Of a stretch of 43,946 nt of DNA, positions 38,639-43,946 are shown one piece after another. Where the stretch lies: assembly GCA_043819075.1 (NCBI GenBank), contig JBDRFE010000026.1:1-43946 (forward strand), read 5' to 3'. Position numbers and translations under genes: made by a program. The stretch comes from an archaeon. Lineage in GTDB: Archaea > Iainarchaeota > Iainarchaeia > Iainarchaeales > 1-14-0-10-31-34. Each line of letters starts with the position of its first letter. Positions within the stretch are counted from its first letter, which is position 1. Below the pieces are notes generated by a model. The model saw only the letters and a program-made list of their open reading frames with translations. It was not told the DNA's origin and did no database searches.

Positions 38639-39799
38639 TTACTTTAAATACAGGTAAGCGTAAATTATTATTCCGATTACAGCCAGCAGGCTTCCTGCAA
38701 TAAGTTCTTTTGGAAGGCCTTTTTCTTCAAAGATTATTGCTGTTTTCTTGCACTCGGTTTTTTCCTGCCCAAAAGTTAATTCGCATCCTAATTCAAATTC
38801 TCCTGCGGCATCTGATTTGGCTGTTGTCCTGAAATAAACTGTTTCTTTTGGCTGGATTACTTCAAATTTTTTGTTTTTGCTTTCAAAGGTTATTCCTGAA
38901 TCAGCAAAAAGTGTTATTTCTGAATTGTGGACTGCGTTCAATGAATTGTTTATTATCACTATTTCTATTTCACTTTTTTCTCCAACAGAATTAATCTGTT
39001 TTTTCAGCATTATCACTGGTTCAAGTGCTTTTTGGGTTGAAGGGAATATTTCAGGGTAATTTGATTCAATTTTTTCTTTTTCCCCGAATGCATTGAAATA
39101 GTATGCGTCTGCATTTGGAAGGACTCTGGTGTTTTCGTTTTTCAGCCTGTAAGTGTATTCAAGCGAAATTTCCTGCCCTGGAAGTATTTCTCCTTTAAAA
39201 GAGCTGTTTCCTTTGACTAATTCAATGTCTGTTCTTTCAGCGTCACCGTCAATTATTTCAACAACAGTTTTTTCGTTCCCGTAATTTTTCAGCGAGGTTT
39301 TAATCATGATTTCGTTGCCGACAATTCTTTCTTTTGATATGACTTCTTTTCTGAAACTGTTTTCAGGGAAAAAAGCTGTAGTGTAATTCCCTATGCTTGA
39401 ATCATCAAACACATTTATTCTTGTTATTGAATCCGAAGTAAAACTGCATAATTTCAGGGTGTTTTTTTCTTTAAGTTTTTCTTTTTTTACTGTAATTCTT
39501 TCAAACTCTTTTCCTTTGCCTGGCTCTATAACCAAAACCAGTTCGTTGTTCAAAAAAACATTTATTTTTGCGTTTCCTTTTGTGTCTGGAGTGAACTCAG
39601 AATGAACTGAAATAACCGTGAATTCTTCTTGGTTGAATTCATCGTAAAAGATTATTTCCCTGCATTCTTCTTTGTTTGCCCCGTCAAGCACAAATTCTTC
39701 ATAGCCGATTGAATCAAATGTTTCTTCTTTAATTGTTTCTGCATGAACCGTTAAGCCGGCTAAAATAACCAAAACCAGAAAAAAGACTGTTTTCTTCAT
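38639..39799 (-). CDS. Secreted Ig-like (BatD/CARDB-like) protein with a C-terminal TM anchor
   Basis: Signal peptide, LKNYGNE and ILPGQEISLEY Ig-fold motifs, C-terminal TM. Confidence 0.75.
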   Translation of the reverse strand: MKKTVFFLVLVILAGLTVHAETIKEETFDSIGYEEFVLDGANKEECREIIFYDEFNQEEFTVISVHSEFTPDTKGNAKINVFLNNELVLVIEPGKGKEFERITVKKEKLKEKNTLKLCSFTSDSITRINVFDDSSIGNYTTAFFPENSFRKEVISKERIVGNEIMIKTSLKNYGNEKTVVEIIDGDAERTDIELVKGNSSFKGEILPGQEISLEYTYRLKNENTRVLPNADAYYFNAFGEKEKIESNYPEIFPSTQKALEPVIMLKKQINSVGEKSEIEIVIINNSLNAVHNSEITLFADSGITFESKNKKFEVIQPKETVYFRTTAKSDAAGEFELGCELTFGQEKTECKKTAIIFEEKGLPKELIAGSLLAVIGIIIYAYLYLK

Positions 39800-40686
39800 T
39801 TTTTTCCCTTTATTTTTTTAATTATTTCCTGCAGCGAACTGTTTAAAGATTTCTCGTTTTTTATTTCAATTACTTTTTTGTAGTTTTTAAGGCATTTTTC
39901 CCTGCAGTAGCCTGTTTCCTCGCAGAATACGTTGTCCTGTATTTTCACTTCATTATAGCCTTTTTTCCTGAGCCTTTTTTCAATTATTTCTGGTTTTGTC
40001 CTGAGCAGGAAAACCATGTCTGCTTTTATTTTCATTTCACATAATACGTGGCCTTCAATTATTGTTCTTGTTTTTTTTTCCAGCAATTCATTGAGTTTTT
40101 TCCGGAATTCTTTTGTGTCTATTTCAACTTCTTTTCCTTTTTTTTTGCCTGTTTTTGTTTTTAATGCAAAATCCTTTTCGTTAATCACTTCAAATTTAAG
40201 TTTTTTCCCAAGTTTTTTTGCAATAGCGGTTTTTCCTGTTCCAGGAGTTCCGGTAATGACAATATTCATTTTTTTCCTGAAGAATTTGCTGAAAACTTTT
40301 CCTGTAATTAATGAAAAAACTGTTATCGGGATTTTTGTCAGCTCAAATGCAAGTGAATCAGTTTTTTTCCCGTTCACTTTCACTGCTTTTCCCACAATAT
40401 TTTTTTCATTTATTTTTTTGTCAAACCTGTTGTTGTTGTCTCCTTTTACAAGGAAATTTTTCCCTTTTTTTCCTAGAATGCGGTGAATAACAAATTTTCC
40501 TTTAGAGTAATACGCTGCGATGTCCCCTGTTTTAAGTTCTTTTGGAGAAATTATTTTGATTTCAACCTCTGATTTTTCCGGAATCAAAGGATACATGCTT
40601 TTCCCTTTTATTTTTACTTTTATTTTTTTTCCAGAATTTTTTTCCCTTAAAAATTCAATTGCTTTCTCTATTGTTTTTTCTTTCAT
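39796..40686 (-). CDS. Fusion of an S24/S26-type serine peptidase domain and an AK6/Fap7-type adenylate kinase
   Basis: Residues 1-139: GKSMYP, GD, IHR, KGDNN. From Met140 (ATG 40269): ITGTPGTGKT, IIEGH, RLRKKGYNEVKIQDN. Confidence 0.88.
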   Translation of the reverse strand: MKEKTIEKAIEFLREKNSGKKIKVKIKGKSMYPLIPEKSEVEIKIISPKELKTGDIAAYYSKGKFVIHRILGKKGKNFLVKGDNNNRFDKKINEKNIVGKAVKVNGKKTDSLAFELTKIPITVFSLITGKVFSKFFRKKMNIVITGTPGTGKTAIAKKLGKKLKFEVINEKDFALKTKTGKKKGKEVEIDTKEFRKKLNELLEKKTRTIIEGHVLCEMKIKADMVFLLRTKPEIIEKRLRKKGYNEVKIQDNVFCEETGYCREKCLKNYKKVIEIKNEKSLNSSLQEIIKKIKGKK

Positions 40687-41655
40687 TTAATCACTAAAAC
40701 AACCGTATTTTTGTTTGTCAAATTCTTCTTTTATTTCTTTTTGAAATCTATGTGAAAAAGTATTATTTTTAGCGTAAAGCACCAGATTGGGTTCTTTAGC
40801 CTGCACATACAACTTCATTATTTTATTTTTTATATGGTAATCTATTTCAAACACACTCCAGCCTTTCCATGTGTTTTCTTTTATTAAATTAAGGTCGCTG
40901 CGAAGCGACCCATTTTGTTCATCAAAATATACTATAAAAGAATGTTTGTTCATTATAAGTTCGCTGAATGAAAAATTTTCATCGCTTTCAAGATAGTTGA
41001 ATAAAAAAGGAATAATAAAAACAAATTCATTTTGGTCGTAGAGTTTTGGGCTAAGAACGCTTTTGTAAGCTTCATCACAGTTTCCTCTTAGTCCGCTTGT
41101 AAAAAATTGAGATGAATTCTTGTCAATCAAAAATAAAAGAAAATAAAACTTTTTTTTCATTTCAGCATAAACCATCCCTTTTGTGAAATCTGCGTTTTCA
41201 TCTAAAATAAATGTGTTGTGGTCTTCAGGGTAAGGGTTGTAATATTCGACTTTATATTGGTATTTGAACCCTTTTTTCAGTGAAATTTTTTCTTTCAAGG
41301 CAATTTTAATTTCAAATGCAATTTTTTTTGTTTTTCCGTCTGAAGGAGTTATTTCAAACACAATATTTTCGGTTTCTGTATCTGGGCATTTTATAGAAAG
41401 TTTGTTTTCCCCTTTTTTTAAGTCAAAATAACCAAAGCACTTTAATTCTTTTGTTTTGCCAGTGACTTCAAATCTTGTTTTTGGGAGTTCTTTTTCTGAA
41501 TTAACTTCAAGTTCAATGCTTTCGCTTTCAAAATCAAATTCGCCTGAATTAATTTCTATTTTGTATTCTTTCATTTCCTGATTTTTCTTTTCAGTGCACC
41601 CTGAAAATATTAATAAGACTAAGATTAAAACCAGAATCAACAATTTTTTGTCCAT
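40687..41655 (-). CDS. Hypothetical lipoprotein
   Basis: MDKKLLILVLILVLLIFSG|C lipobox. ATG 41655 preferred over TTG 41691. Stop abuts the peptidase-kinase start. Confidence 0.78.
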   Translation of the reverse strand: MDKKLLILVLILVLLIFSGCTEKKNQEMKEYKIEINSGEFDFESESIELEVNSEKELPKTRFEVTGKTKELKCFGYFDLKKGENKLSIKCPDTETENIVFEITPSDGKTKKIAFEIKIALKEKISLKKGFKYQYKVEYYNPYPEDHNTFILDENADFTKGMVYAEMKKKFYFLLFLIDKNSSQFFTSGLRGNCDEAYKSVLSPKLYDQNEFVFIIPFLFNYLESDENFSFSELIMNKHSFIVYFDEQNGSLRSDLNLIKENTWKGWSVFEIDYHIKNKIMKLYVQAKEPNLVLYAKNNTFSHRFQKEIKEEFDKQKYGCFSD

Positions 41656-41724
41656 GGCATAAAAAGTATCCTGCAATGTTTTTTTATTCAATTGGATTGT
41701 TATTTAATGTTTGACTGGCAAGAT

Positions 41725-41811
41725 TCATAAAGCGCTTCTAACTGCTGTGCGTTTCTTTACAGATAAACCTATTCTTAGATTGAGTTTTTTTTACAGTTTA
41801 TTGTTATCAAC
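41725..41811 (-). pseudogene. Decayed tandem copy of the putative precursor peptide gene
   Basis: Translates VDNNKL*KKLNLRIGLSVKKRTAVRSAL*, which aligns with MENYKK..KKLNLKMGFSGTKPISPVGTAS*. No ATG, internal TAA. Confidence 0.6.
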
Positions 41812-41824
41812 TGTTTTTTTTGTG

Positions 41825-41920
41825 TTATGAGGCTGTTCCAACTGGACTAATTGGTTTAGTTCCTGAGAAACCCATTTTTAGGTTAAGCTTTTTTATTGCG
41901 GGTTTTTTATAATTTTCCAT
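41825..41920 (-). CDS. Putative RiPP precursor peptide, 31 aa (MENYKKPAIKKLNLKMGFSGTKPISPVGTAS)
   Basis: Translated by hand, below the track cutoff. YxxPxI leader motif, TGATTGA before the ATG as in other genes here, TATA-like boxes upstream, a paralogous copy, and divergent from radical SAM genes. Confidence 0.7.
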   Translation of the reverse strand: MENYKKPAIKKLNLKMGFSGTKPISPVGTAS

Positions 41921-41940
41921 TCAATCAAGCTTCTATTTTT

Positions 41941-41998
41941 TTTATAAACATTAAGTACTGAATTAATATATATTAACTAATCTTTTATTTATATAAAT
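41941..41998. promoter_or_regulatory. Divergent promoter region between the peptide and radical SAM genes
   Basis: Three palindromic TATA-like elements: TTTATAAA (41941-41948), TTAATATATATTAA (41963-41976), ATTTATATAAAT (41987-41998). Confidence 0.5.
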
Positions 41999-42036
41999 GT
42001 TTGTTTATTGTTTTTTTATGTTTTGGTTGTGCGTAA

Positions 42037-43095
42037 ATGAAACTTAATAAAATTAATTCTTTTGCGGTTTCTTATACTAATAAGTGTAATATTGAATGCA
42101 GGCATTGTATTGTTGATTGTGGTCCTGATAAGGGTGAAAAGCTTGATTTTGAGAGGTTTTTGTTGTTTGTCGGGCGATTTAAGGAATTTGGTGTTAAGAG
42201 TTTGGAGGTTACTGGTGGCGAGTCTTTTTTGTTTTTTGATGAGCTTGTAAAGATTTTTTCTGAGGCGAAAAAGCTTGGTGTTTCTAGTAGTTTGATTTCT
42301 AATGGTTTGTGGGGTTTTTCTGAAGAGAATGCTGAAAGGGTTGTATCTGAATTGGTTGGTGCTGGTTTAAAGGGACTTTATATCAGTTCTGATGAGTTTC
42401 ATTTGGAGTTTGTTCCGGCTAAAAGTGTTTTTAATATTGTTGACGCTGTAATGAAACGAAAAGAAAAGGTTAAGGCGGTAATAAAGTTTTGTTATTCAAG
42501 GAATTATTCTTTTTTTGATTTTTTAACTGAAAACGCAGGTTATTTTAAAAATTTAAAGAAAAAGTATCCTAAAAAGAATTTGAATGTGCTTGTTCAGCCG
42601 GTGATTCCGCTTGGAAGAGCAATTGAAAAAGTTCCAAAGGAAAACTGTGTTGCGGGGAAAAAAACCACTGAAAAATTGTGCCCTATGTTAGGTTCTCCTT
42701 TTATAAATCATGATGGAAATGTTTTTTTCTGTTGCAATGGCTCTGAATTAAGTAATCCTCTGGAGGGTGTTTTCTTTTTGGGTAATTTTTATTCTGATTC
42801 TTTTGAGGAATTTGTAAAAAAGTATCAAAAGAATCTTTTTGCTTTTTATGTAAAAGTTAAAGGTCCTGCTTTTATTGAAAAATTGGTTAGAAAGCATAAA
42901 CTGAAGAAAGTGAATAAAATGAAGTATCCTCTTGTTGGCTACACTGGAATATGTGATTTTTGTTTTTGGAATTTAGGCCAATATCTTAAGCAAGATCTTG
43001 ATGACATGTTGTTAGAGGAGTTCAGCAAGGACAAGGCAATGCAAAAGCTTGCTGTAAAAGAGTCATTAAAATTCCGGAAAAACAAAAAAAATTAA
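42037..43095 (+). CDS. Radical SAM protein with a SPASM/twitch-type domain, YydG/EpeE peptide epimerase-like
   Basis: C17xxxC21xxC24, TGGE, LISNGLWG, ISSDEFH, PLGRA, C215, HDG..FC232C233, IC306DFC309. Confidence 0.9.
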   Translation: MKLNKINSFAVSYTNKCNIECRHCIVDCGPDKGEKLDFERFLLFVGRFKEFGVKSLEVTGGESFLFFDELVKIFSEAKKLGVSSSLISNGLWGFSEENAERVVSELVGAGLKGLYISSDEFHLEFVPAKSVFNIVDAVMKRKEKVKAVIKFCYSRNYSFFDFLTENAGYFKNLKKKYPKKNLNVLVQPVIPLGRAIEKVPKENCVAGKKTTEKLCPMLGSPFINHDGNVFFCCNGSELSNPLEGVFFLGNFYSDSFEEFVKKYQKNLFAFYVKVKGPAFIEKLVRKHKLKKVNKMKYPLVGYTGICDFCFWNLGQYLKQDLDDMLLEEFSKDKAMQKLAVKESLKFRKNKKN

Positions 43096-43121
43096 TTTAG
43101 TTTTCATTTGTGTTGGTTTGG

Positions 43122-43946
43122 ATGAAAATAAATAGAATCGAATTATTTGCCTTTTCTTATACTGACAAGTGCAACATTAAATGCGCCCACTGCATTGCTG
43201 GCAGCAGCCCTGAAAAGCATAAAAAGCTCGACCTTGAAAGACTTTTGTTGTTTGTAAAGCAGTTGAAGGAGTTTAATATAAAGAGTTTTGAGATAACAGG
43301 AGGAGAAGCCCTTGTGTTTTTTGACGAGGTCATTGAATTGCTTTCTGTTGGGAAACAAGCCGGAATTTCATCTAGTGTGATTTCTAATGGTTCTTGGGGT
43401 TTTTCTGAGGAAAATGCTGAAAGGGTTGTATCCGAATTAGCTGATGCAGGCTTAAAAGATCTTTTTATCAGTTCTGATGAGTTTCATTTGGAGTTTGTTC
43501 CGGCTAAAAGTGTTTTTAATATTGTTGACGCTGTAATGAAACGAAAAGAGCCTATTAAAGTGTTTTTAAGGTTTTGTGAGTCAAAAAATTATTCTTTCCT
43601 TGATTTTTTAACTGAAAATGCAGGTTATTTCAAAAATTTAAAGAAAAAATATCCTAAAAAGAATTTAAGAGTGCTTACCCAATTTTTAGCCCCGCTTGGA
43701 AGGGCATTTAAAAAAGTTCCAAAAGAAAATTATGTCATTAAAGCAAAGCTTGCTGAAAACCCCTGCAATCTGGTAAAGCGCCCTTTTCTAAATGCTGATG
43801 GAAATATTTTTTGCTGCTGTAATGGCCCTAAACTGAACAACCCTTTGACTGCACCATATTTTTTGGGTAATTTTTATTCTGATTCTCCTGCAGAATTTAT
43901 TAAAAATTATGAGGAAAGCTTTTTTGTTTTTTATTTGAGGACCAAA
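43122..43946 (+). CDS. Second YydG/EpeE-like radical SAM protein (paralog, 3' end outside window)
   Basis: Absent from the ORF track because there is no stop in the window. MKINRIELFAFSYTDKCNIKCAHC..., TGGE, ISNGSWG, ISSDEFH, PLGRA, NPC, DGNIFCCCNG. Open for 275 codons. Confidence 0.9.
   Translation, partial: MKINRIELFAFSYTDKCNIKCAHCIAGSSPEKHKKLDLERLLLFVKQLKEFNIKSFEITGGEALVFFDEVIELLSVGKQAGISSSVISNGSWGFSEENAERVVSELADAGLKDLFISSDEFHLEFVPAKSVFNIVDAVMKRKEPIKVFLRFCESKNYSFLDFLTENAGYFKNLKKKYPKKNLRVLTQFLAPLGRAFKKVPKENYVIKAKLAENPCNLVKRPFLNADGNIFCCCNGPKLNNPLTAPYFLGNFYSDSPAEFIKNYEESFFVFYLRTK

Noticed and set aside
41825..41920. Lasso peptide precursor (YxxP leader)
   Set aside because: The putative core has no Asp or Glu for macrolactam formation, and no lasso cyclase or B2 protease is in the window.
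43143..43358. 71-aa minus-strand ORF from the track
   Set aside because: It is antisense to the second radical SAM gene, which has clear motifs.
1..43946. tRNA, rRNA, CRISPR array, transposase or integrase
   Set aside because: Intergenic gaps are short and AT-rich, with no cloverleaf, regular repeat-spacer pattern or recombinase motifs seen by eye.

Overview
AT-rich (poly-A/T-rich), gene-dense archaeal chromosome segment. The gene content and style suggest a DPANN archaeon, probably Diapherotrites/Iainarchaeota-like (inference). It carries: carbohydrate genes (partial PMM/PGM, glycogen debranching enzyme, class I GAPDH, PGK); a RecJ/DHH nuclease with a 512-aa LAGLIDADG intein; a type IV pilus locus (major pilin, five minor pilins, two TadB/C-type platform proteins, a VirB11/TadA ATPase with a 500-aa intein) next to a KaiC-like ATPase and two degenerate RecA-fold proteins; a LeuRS with a bacterial-type core; ferredoxin plus geranylgeranyl reductase; a short Rqc2/NFACT protein; PRC-barrel and AMMECR1 proteins; and several surface lipoproteins. 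The best candidate for a new system is at the right end (about 39.8-43.9 kb). It is a putative archaeal RiPP locus with a 31-aa ORF missing from the ORF track (MENYKKPAIKKLNLKMGFSGTKPISPVGTAS, YxxP-type leader) and a decayed tandem copy of it. Two tandem radical SAM enzymes with the motif and cysteine pattern of YydG/EpeE peptide epimerases are transcribed divergently from it. A lipoprotein and a soluble S26-type peptidase fused to AK6 adenylate kinase lie downstream of the peptide gene. Two genes are split by frameshifts in poly-A runs. No rRNA, tRNA, CRISPR array or transposase was seen. All family calls come from motif recognition by eye, not database searches.
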